From contig JASNYI010000003.1 in assembly GCA_048500275.1 (NCBI GenBank), positions 869,516-933,515 on the forward strand: a stretch of DNA of 64,000 bases, read 5' to 3'. Positions 35,790 to 45,358 of this stretch are shown piece by piece. The position numbers and the translations under genes are program-made. This DNA is from Thermoanaerobaculia bacterium (GTDB lineage Bacteria; Acidobacteriota; Thermoanaerobaculia; UBA5066). The notes beneath the pieces are model-generated. The model did not search any database and was not told the origin of the DNA. It saw nothing but the letters and a program-made list of their open reading frames with translations. Every line of letters starts with the position of its first letter. The first letter of the stretch is position 1.

Positions 35790-37499
35790 ATGAGAACGAA
35801 GTTCACAATCCTGACACTCCTCCTGGCGCTCGTCGCGGTCGGAACGACCGCCGAAGCCTCCGGCGGCGACTCGCTCTACGAGTTCTTCGGCACCGTCGAG
35901 GCGATGCCGGCGAGCGGCTTCGTCGGCACCTGGACGGTCGCCGGCAAGGCCGTCCACGTCTCGGCCCAGACGGAGATCGAGCAGCTGCTCGGCCCGGCGA
36001 AGGTCGGCGCCACGGTCCGGGTCCGCGGGACGCTCCGCGCGGACGGCTCGGTCGACGCGAAGAACGTCGAGGTGAAGACCGGCGACGACGGCGCCGGGAC
36101 GCCGGCCCGCTTCACCGCCGTCGTCTCGTCGATGCCCGCCTCCGGCTACGTCGGAACCTGGGTCGTCGGCGGGCGGACGGTCCACGTCAGCGCCTCGACC
36201 CGCGTCGTCGAGACGAACGGGATCCCGAAGGTCGGCTCGACCGTCGAGGTCCAGGGCTCCGAGCGCGCCGACGGCTCGGTCGACGCGGAGGAGATCGAGG
36301 TCCGCGGCGGCGCCGGCGGCGGCGGCACGGAGCCGGGCGAGGACCTCCACGTCTTCGGCCTGATCGAGTCGCTTCCCTCCGGCAGCCCGCCCCTCGGCGA
36401 CTGGACGGTCTCGGGCCGGACGATCCGGGTGACGACGTCGACGCTCCTCAACGCCGAGGGCGGCGTCTTCGCGGTCGGCGCCTACGTCGAGGCCGAGGGG
36501 ACCTCGAACCCCGACGGCTCCCTCGCCGCCGTGAAGGTCGAGCTCCGCAGGGCCGTTCCCCCGGCCGGCGCCGCGCCGACGAGCTTCCGCGGGGCCGTCG
36601 AGGTCCTCGCCTCCACGCCCGGCTGGATCGGCGACTGGAGGGTCACGGGCCGGACCGTCGCCGTCACCGGGACGACGCTGATCGACCAGGAGCGGGGCAC
36701 CGTCGCGCTCGGAGCGCTCGTCGAGGTCCATGGGACTTCGCGGGCCGACGGGACGGTCCTCGCGGACCGGATCGAGGTCGAGTGGGGCCCCGCCTCGAGC
36801 GGCGCCCAGCTGGCGAACACGTGGATCCTCCCCTCGAGCGCGCGCAAGCGCGGCCGGGACGACGCCTTCTACACGACGAACGTCACGATCTCGAACACCG
36901 GCGCCGCCGCGGCGCAGGTCACCCTCCGCTTCCTCGGGCACGAGCGCGACGGCCGGACCGGCCCGGAGAAGTCCTTCTCTCTCGCCGCCGGCGCGACGGT
37001 CACCTTCACCGACGTCCTCTCCTCGGCCTTCGGCCTCGCCGACGACTACGGCGCGATCCTCGTCTCGGCGAACGTCGCGACGCTCGTCGTGGAGAGCGCG
37101 ACTTCGACGCCGGGCGGCGGCGGCGAGTTCGGCCAGGGGCTCGGCGCCTCCGGCCGGAACGACCTGATCGGCGACGACCACGCCCGCTCGCTCGTCGGCG
37201 TCCGCGACGACGCGCGCGCCCGGACGAACCTCGTCCTGACGAACGCCGTCGAGAAGGCGATCGACGTCGACCTGAACCTCTTCCGCGAGGACGGCGCCGT
37301 CCTGGGGTCGCTCCGGGTGAGGCTCGAGCCGCTCGGGATGCGCCAGGTGAACGAGGTGAGCCGCGCCGTCGGCGCCGCCGGCGACGTGACCGGCGCCCGC
37401 CTCGTCCTCTCCACCCCGACGCCGGGCGGCGCCTTCGCCGCCTACGCCTCGGTCATCGACAACGGCACCGACGACCCCCGCATCCTCTCGCCGCGATAG
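35790..37499 (+). CDS. Secreted protein with four tandem DUF5666-like repeats and a C-terminal domain shared with CDS 2164..3729.
   Basis: Internal ATG at 35790 of ORF 35754..37499, preceded by AGGAG. Signal peptide MRTKFTILTLLLALVAVGTTAEA. The repeats read G-x-V-x(n)-G-x-W-x-V-x-G-x-x-V-x-V, ending DGS-x-x-A-x-x-V-E-V. The C-terminus …AAYASVIDNGTDDP matches …VAYVIDNVTQDP of the 2164..3729 protein. Confidence 0.7.
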   Translation: MRTKFTILTLLLALVAVGTTAEASGGDSLYEFFGTVEAMPASGFVGTWTVAGKAVHVSAQTEIEQLLGPAKVGATVRVRGTLRADGSVDAKNVEVKTGDDGAGTPARFTAVVSSMPASGYVGTWVVGGRTVHVSASTRVVETNGIPKVGSTVEVQGSERADGSVDAEEIEVRGGAGGGGTEPGEDLHVFGLIESLPSGSPPLGDWTVSGRTIRVTTSTLLNAEGGVFAVGAYVEAEGTSNPDGSLAAVKVELRRAVPPAGAAPTSFRGAVEVLASTPGWIGDWRVTGRTVAVTGTTLIDQERGTVALGALVEVHGTSRADGTVLADRIEVEWGPASSGAQLANTWILPSSARKRGRDDAFYTTNVTISNTGAAAAQVTLRFLGHERDGRTGPEKSFSLAAGATVTFTDVLSSAFGLADDYGAILVSANVATLVVESATSTPGGGGEFGQGLGASGRNDLIGDDHARSLVGVRDDARARTNLVLTNAVEKAIDVDLNLFREDGAVLGSLRVRLEPLGMRQVNEVSRAVGAAGDVTGARLVLSTPTPGGAFAAYASVIDNGTDDPRILSPR

Positions 37500-37609
37500 C
37501 CCGCCGTTCCCGCCCGCGAAGCGAACGGTCCGGAACGAGGAGCCCCGGCGACGGGGCTCCTCGCGTCTTCGGGAGGGTAGGATCGCGCCACGATCGACAG
37601 GAGGTTCCC

Positions 37610-38191
37610 ATGAGCCGAACCGCGCGACGCATTCCGAGCGCCCTTCTCGCCGCCGCCTTCGTCGGCCTCGTCCTCCTCGCGCCGCGCGTCGTCGCCGAGG
37701 AGCCGAAGAAGCACGAAGCGCCCCCGACGCCCGCACCCGCCCCGCCCGGCTCCGGCGCCGCGGCCTTCGAGAAGCTGAAGGCGCTCGCCGGAGACTGGGT
37801 CGAGGTGGAGCCGAAGGTGGGGCCGGCGGGCCACGTCGCCGAGAGCTACCGCCTCACCGGAGCCGGCTCGGCGCTCGTCTCCACGCTCGCCGGCGGGACC
37901 CCCCACGAGATGGTCTCCGTCTACCACCGGGACGGGAACGACCTCGTCATGACCCACTACTGCGCGGCGCAGAACCAGCCGCGCCTCAGGGCGAAGACGG
38001 CCACGGGGAACGTCCTCGCGATGGACTACGACGGCGGGACGAACGTCGACCCCGCGAAGGACATGCACATCCACGGTGTGAAGATCGAGTTCCTCGGCCC
38101 GGACGAGATTCGGGAGACCTGGATCGGCTGGAAGGACGGCAAGCCGGAGGAGCCGCATCTCGTCCTCCACCTGAAACGGAAGAAGGGCTGA
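37610..38191 (+). CDS. Secreted DUF1579/THAP4-like beta-barrel protein.
   Basis: Genuine last 193 codons of artefact ORF 35723..38191. ATG at 37610 is preceded by CAGGAGG. Signal peptide MSRTARRIPSALLAAAFVGLVLLAPRVVA. Motifs …AGDWVEV… and HYCAAQNQP are present. Confidence 0.6.
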   Translation: MSRTARRIPSALLAAAFVGLVLLAPRVVAEEPKKHEAPPTPAPAPPGSGAAAFEKLKALAGDWVEVEPKVGPAGHVAESYRLTGAGSALVSTLAGGTPHEMVSVYHRDGNDLVMTHYCAAQNQPRLRAKTATGNVLAMDYDGGTNVDPAKDMHIHGVKIEFLGPDEIRETWIGWKDGKPEEPHLVLHLKRKKG

Positions 38192-38249
38192 GGCCTCACC
38201 GGCCCGCGACGGGGCCCCGGCGTGCGTGCCGGGGCCCGCTCCGCCGGGC

Positions 38250-40610
38250 TCAGGCCGCCGCGAGCATCCTCTTGCGGTCGCGGTACGCGACCCCGGCGAC
38301 GACGAGGAAGACGATCTCGACGAGCGCCGCGAGGACCATCCACTTCACGATCGGCGAGTCGCCCATCCCGTAGGAGTGCATGCCGACGTTCAGGACGTAG
38401 TTCACGCCGAGGTAGGTCATCAGGATCGTCTGGAACGCCAGGATGCTGATGACCGCCGCGCCGAAGATCCCGATCACCTTGTCGACCTTCAGGTGGAGGA
38501 TCGCCATGTAGGCGAGGAACGCCACGAGCGACCAGACCTCCTTCGGGTCCCAGCCCCAGTAGCGCCCCCACGACGAGGCCGCCCAGACGGAGCCGGTCAG
38601 GATTCCCGCCAGGAGAAAGATCGACCCCACGTGCATGTACCAGTAGAGGAGCTCGTAGAGCTTCTCCACGAGCTTGCCCCGTCCCGTTCCGAACGCCGTG
38701 AATCCGATCTGCATGTGGGCGACGACGAGGCCGAGGGCGAGGACGGCGTAGCCGACCATGATGATCGGGACGTGGATCGCGAGCCACGGCGTTCCCGCCA
38801 GGACGGGCGCGATCGGGTGGATGAACCGGTCCATCGGGAGGAGGTCGGTGAGGGCCATCGTCAGCGCCGCCATCGACGCCGCGTTGATGACGACGGTCCT
38901 GTTCTTGAGCAGCGCGTAGGCGATGACGGCGAAGAACCCGACGCCCCAGGCGAGGAAGAGGAGCGACTCGTACATGTTCGCGGCCGGGATCCGGTCGCCG
39001 GCATCCCAGCGCATCCCGATGCCCCACGTCATGACCCCGAAGCCGAGGACGAGGAGCCCGAACGAGACGCCGTCGAGGAGGCGGCTGGACCTCGCCCACG
39101 CCACCATCGAGACGACGAGCGAGGCGAGGAGGACGATCCACGAGAGCTTCGACGGGTTGACCCGGTTGTAGAGGATCTCCCGGTCGATCTTCTTCGCAGC
39201 CGGCCAGCCCTCGAGGCGCTCACCGCTCGCGAGGGCCGAGAGCGCCTCGGGCGTGATCGCCTGCGGGAGGTTCCAGCGGGCGTTCGCGTCTCCCGGAACC
39301 GGGATCGGCCGGACCACGTCGCGCTGGAGGACCCCGTAGAGGGTGGTCAGGCGCCCCTCGAGCTTCTCGGCGTCCTTGAGGACTCCTTTTCGCGGCTGTT
39401 CGCGCTGCGCGGCCTGGCCCGCCGCCCGGATGAGCTGCATGACCTTCGGGTTCCCCACGAGCTGCTCGAACGAGGCGTGCTTCGTGGCCGGGTCGAGCCC
39501 GGCCGCCGCGGCGAGCGCCTTGCTGCCGATCTTCACCACGGGCGCCGCGGCGGAGGTCTTCGGGTCGAAGAGCCAACCGGTGAACGTCGCGGCCGGATCC
39601 TCGCCGTTCCAGGAGTGCCTGCCCGTGACGTACCAGACCGTTTCCCTCGCGAGCGTGTCGAGCGGCATGACGCGCCCGTCGTGCTGCACCGGGAGGCGCT
39701 TCAGGGTCTCGACCGGCGGCCCCCCCTGGGCGAACGCCGGGCCCGCGAGCGGGAGGAGGGCGAGGAGGACGGCGAGCGATCGGGTCATCGTCGGGAGAGA
39801 CATCCCGCCCGACGCGGCCTTCGCCTCGAGCGCGTCGCGCTCGCGCGCCTGGCCGATGCGCGTCACGAGGACGAGGATCATCCCGAGGACGAGCGTCGCG
39901 TAACCGACGAAGACGATGAGCTGACCGGGGTCCTTCGAGACGGAGAGGACCGTCGCCTCGCGCCCGCCCTGCTGCTGGTAGCTCGACTGGAAGAGCGACC
40001 AGCCGCGGTGGTGGAGCGGGGTGTTCATCCAGATCCGCGCCGGGAAGCTCTTGCCGGTGTCGAGGTCGGTCACGACGACCTGGCTCGCGAAGCCCGAAGG
40101 CCGGCGCGTTCCCTGGTAGGTCTCGAGGACGAAGTCCTCGAGCTTCACAGAGAACGGGAGCTCGTGCTGCGAGACGACGTTCCCCTCGTCGTCGTAGTTC
40201 ACGGCCGTCGAGCTCGTCTCACCTTCCCAGAGCCCGAGCTGCCCCTCGGCTTTCCCGAAGTAGGTCAGCGCCGCCCCGGCGAAGATGAGGAGGAGCGAGG
40301 CGTGGGTCGTCACGAACCCGGCCCGCTTCTTCCCCCACGGGAAGAGGTTCGCGAGCGAGGCGGCGACGTTCAGCGCGAAGAGCCCCTGGAGCCCCAGGAA
40401 CCACCACGAGTAGTAGACGAGCCGCCCCGCCGTCGGCGCGTCCGTGCGCGACTCGACGATCGTTCCGGCCGAGAGGCCGACGAGGAGGACGACGAGGAGG
40501 ATGACGGCGAGCTTCAGGGACGCGAGGGTCTCGACGATCTTCTTCAAGGGGGTCCGTCCTTGGGGGAGATGGTCGGGCCGGGGGCCCGAAAAGGCCCCGA
40601 ATAGTCCCAT
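38250..40610 (-). CDS. ccsBA: Cytochrome c biogenesis system II fusion protein CcsBA (ResB/Ccs1 fused to CcsA/ResC).
   Basis: Track ORF of 786 aa. ResB-like N-terminus (LKKIVETLASLKLAVILLVV… with a large periplasmic domain). C-terminal CcsA with the Trp-rich WWD motif WGRYWGWDPKEVWSL and conserved His residues. Confidence 0.8.
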   Translation of the reverse strand: MGLFGAFSGPRPDHLPQGRTPLKKIVETLASLKLAVILLVVLLVGLSAGTIVESRTDAPTAGRLVYYSWWFLGLQGLFALNVAASLANLFPWGKKRAGFVTTHASLLLIFAGAALTYFGKAEGQLGLWEGETSSTAVNYDDEGNVVSQHELPFSVKLEDFVLETYQGTRRPSGFASQVVVTDLDTGKSFPARIWMNTPLHHRGWSLFQSSYQQQGGREATVLSVSKDPGQLIVFVGYATLVLGMILVLVTRIGQARERDALEAKAASGGMSLPTMTRSLAVLLALLPLAGPAFAQGGPPVETLKRLPVQHDGRVMPLDTLARETVWYVTGRHSWNGEDPAATFTGWLFDPKTSAAAPVVKIGSKALAAAAGLDPATKHASFEQLVGNPKVMQLIRAAGQAAQREQPRKGVLKDAEKLEGRLTTLYGVLQRDVVRPIPVPGDANARWNLPQAITPEALSALASGERLEGWPAAKKIDREILYNRVNPSKLSWIVLLASLVVSMVAWARSSRLLDGVSFGLLVLGFGVMTWGIGMRWDAGDRIPAANMYESLLFLAWGVGFFAVIAYALLKNRTVVINAASMAALTMALTDLLPMDRFIHPIAPVLAGTPWLAIHVPIIMVGYAVLALGLVVAHMQIGFTAFGTGRGKLVEKLYELLYWYMHVGSIFLLAGILTGSVWAASSWGRYWGWDPKEVWSLVAFLAYMAILHLKVDKVIGIFGAAVISILAFQTILMTYLGVNYVLNVGMHSYGMGDSPIVKWMVLAALVEIVFLVVAGVAYRDRKRMLAAA

Positions 40611-40695
40611 TTGGCGAAGGACGTGTCGAGGAGGGGGGGACCGACCGGGGGAACGGCCTCGGGCGGCGGGGACTTCGGTCTCGCCGCCCGCGCCC

Positions 40696-42039
40696 CTACG
40701 GCAGGAACCCGAGGTCCGGCGTGTCGAACCGGCCCAGGTTCGGGAAGACCGACGGGAGCTGCGAGGGGGTGACGCCGAACCACCTCGCGAGGGTCGCGGC
40801 GTACTGGTCGACCGAGGTCGTGGGAATCCAGCGCCCCTCGGCCGCGGCGTCGTCGGGGCCGCCTTTCGCGAGCGTCGGATACTTCCCGTAGAAGTCTCCC
40901 CCCCTTACCGCCCCGCCGAGGACGAGCTGGTGGCTCCCCCAGCCGTGGTCGGTGCCGCCACCCGAGTTCGGCTGGAAGGTGCGGCCGAAGTCGGAGAGGG
41001 TGAAGGTCGTGACCGCGCTCTCCACCCCCAGCTCGACGGTCGCCGCGTGGAAGGCGGCGAGCCCCTGGCTCAGCTGGGAGAGGAGGTTCTGGTGGGTGCC
41101 GAGCTGCCCGGCGTGCGTGTCGAAGCTGCCGTGGGAGACGAAGAAGACCTGCCGGCTCATCTTCAGCGTCTCGCGCACGGCGACGACCTGGGCGATCGTC
41201 GCGAGCTGGCGGCCGAGGGCCGAAGTCGGGAACGTGGTCGAGGGCTTCGGGCCCTTCGCGAGAGCCGCCGTGAGGTCGTCGAGGTCGTCGATGGCGTTCG
41301 CGGCGATCGCGCTCGCCTCGTCGACGAGGAGGGCGCTCGTCTCGAGGTCGAGGAGCTTCCTGAGCGCATCGTAGCGGGCGACGGAAGCGGCGTCGGACCC
41401 GAACCCGGCGAGGCTCGTCCCCGGGACGAGCGGGCGCGCCCGTTCACCCGTGCCGAAGAGCGGGACGCCCGCGGTCGAGACGACCATCGGGAAGCTCACA
41501 GGGTTGAGGGAGGCGAGGAGGTCCGCCGTCCGGCCGCCCCACCCGGTCCGCGCGAAGGGGTCGACGCTCGAGGAGACGGCGGACTGCCAGAGCGCCTGCT
41601 GGTCGGAGTGGGAGAAGAGGTTGTCGGGCCGGGGCGCGCCCGCCGCGTACTCGTCGCGCGTCAGCGGCTCGGCGAGCGGGCCGGCGTTCGCCAGCACCGC
41701 GAGCTTGCCCTGCTCGTAAAGGGGGTGGATCTCGACGAGGGCCGGGTGGAGGCCGAAGGCCGCCTTCTGGCTCGCGGCCGTCACCTTCAGGAGCGAGTCC
41801 TTCGGGATGTTGAGCGAGGTCCCGCGCACCGCCTGGTAGGAGGCGTACTCGTCGTACGGCAGGACGGTGTTGTCGCCGTCGTTGCCCCCGGCGAGGAAGA
41901 CGCAGACGAGGGCCCGGTAGTCGCCCGCCGGCGCCGTCATCGCCGCCTCGAGGCGGGAGAAGCGGTCGAAGGCCGAGAGGAAGGCCGCGGCGCCGAGGCC
42001 GCAGCCGAGGTCCGAGAAGAACTGGCGTCGGGTCTTCAT
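40696..42039 (-). CDS. DUF1501 family protein (Tat-secreted, sulfatase/phosphatase-like).
   Basis: Track ORF of 447 aa. Twin-arginine signal MKTRRQFFSDLGCGLGAAAF. It lies 14 nt downstream of the DUF1800 gene; this pair commonly co-occurs. Confidence 0.8.
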   Translation of the reverse strand: MKTRRQFFSDLGCGLGAAAFLSAFDRFSRLEAAMTAPAGDYRALVCVFLAGGNDGDNTVLPYDEYASYQAVRGTSLNIPKDSLLKVTAASQKAAFGLHPALVEIHPLYEQGKLAVLANAGPLAEPLTRDEYAAGAPRPDNLFSHSDQQALWQSAVSSSVDPFARTGWGGRTADLLASLNPVSFPMVVSTAGVPLFGTGERARPLVPGTSLAGFGSDAASVARYDALRKLLDLETSALLVDEASAIAANAIDDLDDLTAALAKGPKPSTTFPTSALGRQLATIAQVVAVRETLKMSRQVFFVSHGSFDTHAGQLGTHQNLLSQLSQGLAAFHAATVELGVESAVTTFTLSDFGRTFQPNSGGGTDHGWGSHQLVLGGAVRGGDFYGKYPTLAKGGPDDAAAEGRWIPTTSVDQYAATLARWFGVTPSQLPSVFPNLGRFDTPDLGFLP

Positions 42040-42052
42040 CCGGGCACCTTTC

Positions 42053-43771
42053 TCAGCGCGCGACCTGGTAAGCGGAAGAGCCCGCGACGAGGTACAGGGC
42101 GGTCTGTACCCGCCCCGTCGCGTTCGACGCGGGGACGGTGGCGACGGCCGCGGTGACGGCGCGCGCCGCCTCGCCGGACATCGTGCCGTGGAGGAGGAGC
42201 CGGTCGAAGGCGGAGACGAGCGCGGCCGGGTCTCTCGCCAGCGGCGTCCACCTCGAGAGGTCGAGCCTCGTCCCGCCTCCCTCCCCGCCGCGGGCGATCC
42301 CGGTGGTGGCGAGGGCCTGGACGAAGTTCAGCCGGGCGATCGCCGACGTCGACGACTGGATGCCGAACTCCGGCCCCGTCACGCCATCGAGGACCTCGTA
42401 GTCGGGAGGGAAGTAGCTGAAGACCGTCTGCGGATTGAAGAGGTTCTGGCCCATCGCCGTCGCCTGGGCCGCGAGGACGCCGTCGCTCGCCGCCCCGAGG
42501 GCGCGGCAGAGGTTCGTGACGTAGAGGACCGGCTCGCGGAGGCGCCCGTACGCCGGGTCGCTCTTCGCGGGACCACGGGCCTCGGGGTCGAGGAGGATCG
42601 CCGAGACGACGGCGGCGAGGTTCCCGCGGACGCCGCGCCCGTCGTCGGCGAAGACGCGCGCCACGCGCGCCACGTACTCCGGGCCCGGGTTCGAGGTGAC
42701 GAGGCGCTGGATCAGGTGACGGCCGACGAACGGCCCGACGTTCGGGTGGTGGAAGACGTTGTCGAGCGCCTGCGCGAGGTCGGCCGCCCCGTCCTGGCCC
42801 GCCGGGAGCGTGGCGTGGACGGCGCCCGGGTAGTCGAGGAGCTTCTTCTCCCCCTTGTCGTGCGTCGCGTCGAGGCCCGCGGCGTTGCGGTAGAGCCACA
42901 TCGGCGCCTTGAAGTTGGGCGGGTTGTTCCGCCTCGCGGCCGCTCCCGGAAGGGTCGCGTAGGTGAAGCCGGTGAAGACACGGGCGAAGGCGCGGATCGT
43001 CTCCTGGTCGTAGGCGGGGACGGGCCTCCCTTCGGCGTCGAGGACCGGGGTGCCGTCCTCGCGGAGGAGGGGGACGCCGATGGAGAAGAGCTGGAGCAGC
43101 TCGCGGGCGTAGTTCTCGTCGGGCGGGACGTTCCCCGGAGGCGTCGCGGCTCCGTTGTCGACCATGTCGAGGTAGAAGCCCATCGCCGGGCTGAGGGTCA
43201 GGTCGGAGAGGAGCGTCCGGTAGCTCCCGAGCGCGTTTCTCTGGAGCATGTTCAGGTAGGGGCCGACGATGCTCGGCTGCCGGAGCTTGACGCCGGAGAC
43301 GACGAGGAGCTCGTGCAGGGCGAGCGCCACCCGCTGCCTCAGCTGGTCGTCTCCGTTCAGCGCGTTCTGAAAGAAACGGACCTGCAGCGGGTACATCGAG
43401 TAGTTGTCGCGAACGCAGTTCGCGGGGCTCCCCTCGGGGCAGCCGACCTGCTGGTTGCGGGGCATCTCCGGGAGGTCGGGGTACTCCGAGGGCGTCGCCG
43501 CGAGCTGCGCTTCGAGGTAGCGCGGGAACCCGACCTCCGAGACGTGCGCGATCAGCGCTTCCGTCGGGCCCATCGTCGCCTGCTCGAGAAAGCGGACGAC
43601 GTCGGCCGCCGGTGCCCGCCGCGCCGTCGGGACCGGCTCGGCCGACCGGGCCGCCGGCGCCGCGGCGAGCGCGAGGAGGAGCCCGATCGGGAGGGAGAAG
43701 GACGCGGTGGTCCGTCGCGGCGACCCTGGCCCGGGAACCGGGGATCTCCCGTGGGACGCGGCTTCCTGCAT
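42053..43771 (-). CDS. DUF1800 family protein.
   Basis: Track ORF of 572 aa with a signal-like N-terminus. Architecture matches DUF1800 proteins that partner DUF1501. Confidence 0.7.
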   Translation of the reverse strand: MQEAASHGRSPVPGPGSPRRTTASFSLPIGLLLALAAAPAARSAEPVPTARRAPAADVVRFLEQATMGPTEALIAHVSEVGFPRYLEAQLAATPSEYPDLPEMPRNQQVGCPEGSPANCVRDNYSMYPLQVRFFQNALNGDDQLRQRVALALHELLVVSGVKLRQPSIVGPYLNMLQRNALGSYRTLLSDLTLSPAMGFYLDMVDNGAATPPGNVPPDENYARELLQLFSIGVPLLREDGTPVLDAEGRPVPAYDQETIRAFARVFTGFTYATLPGAAARRNNPPNFKAPMWLYRNAAGLDATHDKGEKKLLDYPGAVHATLPAGQDGAADLAQALDNVFHHPNVGPFVGRHLIQRLVTSNPGPEYVARVARVFADDGRGVRGNLAAVVSAILLDPEARGPAKSDPAYGRLREPVLYVTNLCRALGAASDGVLAAQATAMGQNLFNPQTVFSYFPPDYEVLDGVTGPEFGIQSSTSAIARLNFVQALATTGIARGGEGGGTRLDLSRWTPLARDPAALVSAFDRLLLHGTMSGEAARAVTAAVATVPASNATGRVQTALYLVAGSSAYQVAR

Positions 43772-43933
43772 CTCGGCTCCTCCCGCTTCTGAAACGTACC
43801 TTACCGGACGCGGATGGTCCCGATTGGTTTACGGAGCGCGCTCACTTGTGACCTGTGTCACAAATTCGGGCCGATCCTCCCGGAGTACGACGGCCCTGGT
43901 GGCGAAGGTCGGCCGCCGGAGGCCGTCCCTCGC

Positions 43934-45358
43934 TCAGCCCTCCGCCCCGAGCTTCGGGAACGTCGCCACGGCGCGCGTCGGTTCGCCCCGCTCCGAGGCG
44001 AGCGTCAGCTCGCCTCCGTGGGCCCTCACGATCCGCTCGGCGATCGGCAGCCCCATCCCCGTACCGGCGGGCTTCGTCGAGACGAAGACGCGGAAGACCT
44101 CGGGCGTCTTCTTCCCGTCGAGGCCCGGCCCGTGGTCGGAGACGGTCAGCCGCCAGTAGAGGCCGCCGTCCTCGACGGCGACGTCCACCTCGCGCGCGGT
44201 CGCCCCTTCCCCCTCCACGGCGTCGAGAGCATTGCCGACGAGATTCAGGACGACCTGCTTGACGCGCGCCGCATCGAGGAGGGCGGGCGCGCCCCCGGGG
44301 TGCGGCCGGAACCCGAGGGAGATCCGGCGCATGCGGGCCTCCGGCCCGAGGAACGACACGGCCTCGGCGGCCGGCTCGTTCAGGTCGGAAGGCACCGTGA
44401 CGAGGGGCGAGGGGCGGGCGTAGGAGAGGAAGTCGGAGAGGAGGCGCGCGAGCCGGCCGGTCTCCACGCGCGTCGCCGCGGCGAGGTCGGCGGCGGAAAG
44501 CCCGGACGAGCCCTTCTCGAGCTGCTCCTCGAGGAGCTCGAGGTTGAGGCTCATGGCGTTGAGTGGGTTGCGGATCTCGTGCGCCAGTCCCGTCGCCACC
44601 TCGCCCAGCTCCGCGCGCCGCTCGGCCTCGATGCGCGCCGCCTCGACCTTCCGCGTCCGCCTCACGAGGAGCATGACGGCCCACGACGCGGCCAGGATGC
44701 CGAGGAAGGAGACGAGCGCGGCGGCGAAGATCCTCTTGTAGAGCTTGCTCCGGAGGACCTCCACGCGGGCCTCGAGCTCCCTCTGGGAGACCCCCACCCG
44801 GAGCGTCCCGAAATCCCCGATCGGCACCTCGATGCCGTAGGGATCCTCGATCCGCGCGGTCGTCTCGCTGGACCTGGCGCGGGGCTCCACGGGGCTCCCC
44901 CCGAGGGTCTGCGCCCCTTCCGGAAGCGGACCGGCGCGCTCCGGGCGCGAGAGGACCCCGGAGTAGGCGTAGACGAGCTGGTTCTTCGAGTCGTAGACCC
45001 GGACCTCGGAGAGGATCCGCCGCTCGGAGAGGGCCGACCCGACGTAGACGTCGAGGTCCTCCTGCAGGACCTTCAGCGTGTAGACGTCGCCGGCGGCCCG
45101 CTCGGCGAGGTTCTGCGCGATCCGCTGGGCGTCCTGGCGGGAGTAGAGGAGCGCCTCGTCGACGACGTCCTTGGAGAGCGTCTTGAAGAGGAGGTGGCCG
45201 AAAAGGAAGACCGACCCCGCCGTCAGGAGACCGACGAGCGAGAGGACGGCGGTGAGATTGCGGCGGAATCGCCGCGCCTCCGGGTCCGACACCCCCCGGA
45301 TCTTACCGGCGCGTGCGCTATCCTCCGCGCCTCGCCGTGATGAACGACGCCGCCGCAC
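43934..45358 (-). CDS. Sensor histidine kinase with two TM helices flanking a periplasmic sensor domain.
   Basis: Track ORF of 474 aa. H-box ELGEVATGLAHEIRNPLNAM. N, G1 and G2 boxes present (…VLNLVGNALDAV…, DHGPGL, GTGMGLPIAERIV). The start is uncertain; GTG at 45292 (MSDPEARRFRRNLTAVLSLVGLL) is a plausible alternative to 45358. Confidence 0.8.
   Translation of the reverse strand: MRRRRSSRRGAEDSARAGKIRGVSDPEARRFRRNLTAVLSLVGLLTAGSVFLFGHLLFKTLSKDVVDEALLYSRQDAQRIAQNLAERAAGDVYTLKVLQEDLDVYVGSALSERRILSEVRVYDSKNQLVYAYSGVLSRPERAGPLPEGAQTLGGSPVEPRARSSETTARIEDPYGIEVPIGDFGTLRVGVSQRELEARVEVLRSKLYKRIFAAALVSFLGILAASWAVMLLVRRTRKVEAARIEAERRAELGEVATGLAHEIRNPLNAMSLNLELLEEQLEKGSSGLSAADLAAATRVETGRLARLLSDFLSYARPSPLVTVPSDLNEPAAEAVSFLGPEARMRRISLGFRPHPGGAPALLDAARVKQVVLNLVGNALDAVEGEGATAREVDVAVEDGGLYWRLTVSDHGPGLDGKKTPEVFRVFVSTKPAGTGMGLPIAERIVRAHGGELTLASERGEPTRAVATFPKLGAEG

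Noticed and set aside
32632-37736. Multiple long overlapping ORFs (for example 33030..35636 plus strand, 35769..37736 minus strand, 35723..38191 plus strand) around the FAD dehydrogenase and DUF5666 loci.
   Set aside because: Their composition is R/D/E/G/P-rich and they are opposite or out of frame to motif-bearing genes. They are retained only where a terminal segment shows a signal peptide, ribosome-binding site and motifs.
45313-45358. Apparent head-to-head overlap of the histidine kinase (start 45358) and the exosortase-like ORF (start 45313).
   Set aside because: The track uses the most upstream start codons. Plausible internal starts (HK GTG 45292; exosortase ATG 45340 or GTG about 45394) remove the overlap, so this reflects start-codon ambiguity rather than a biological anomaly.
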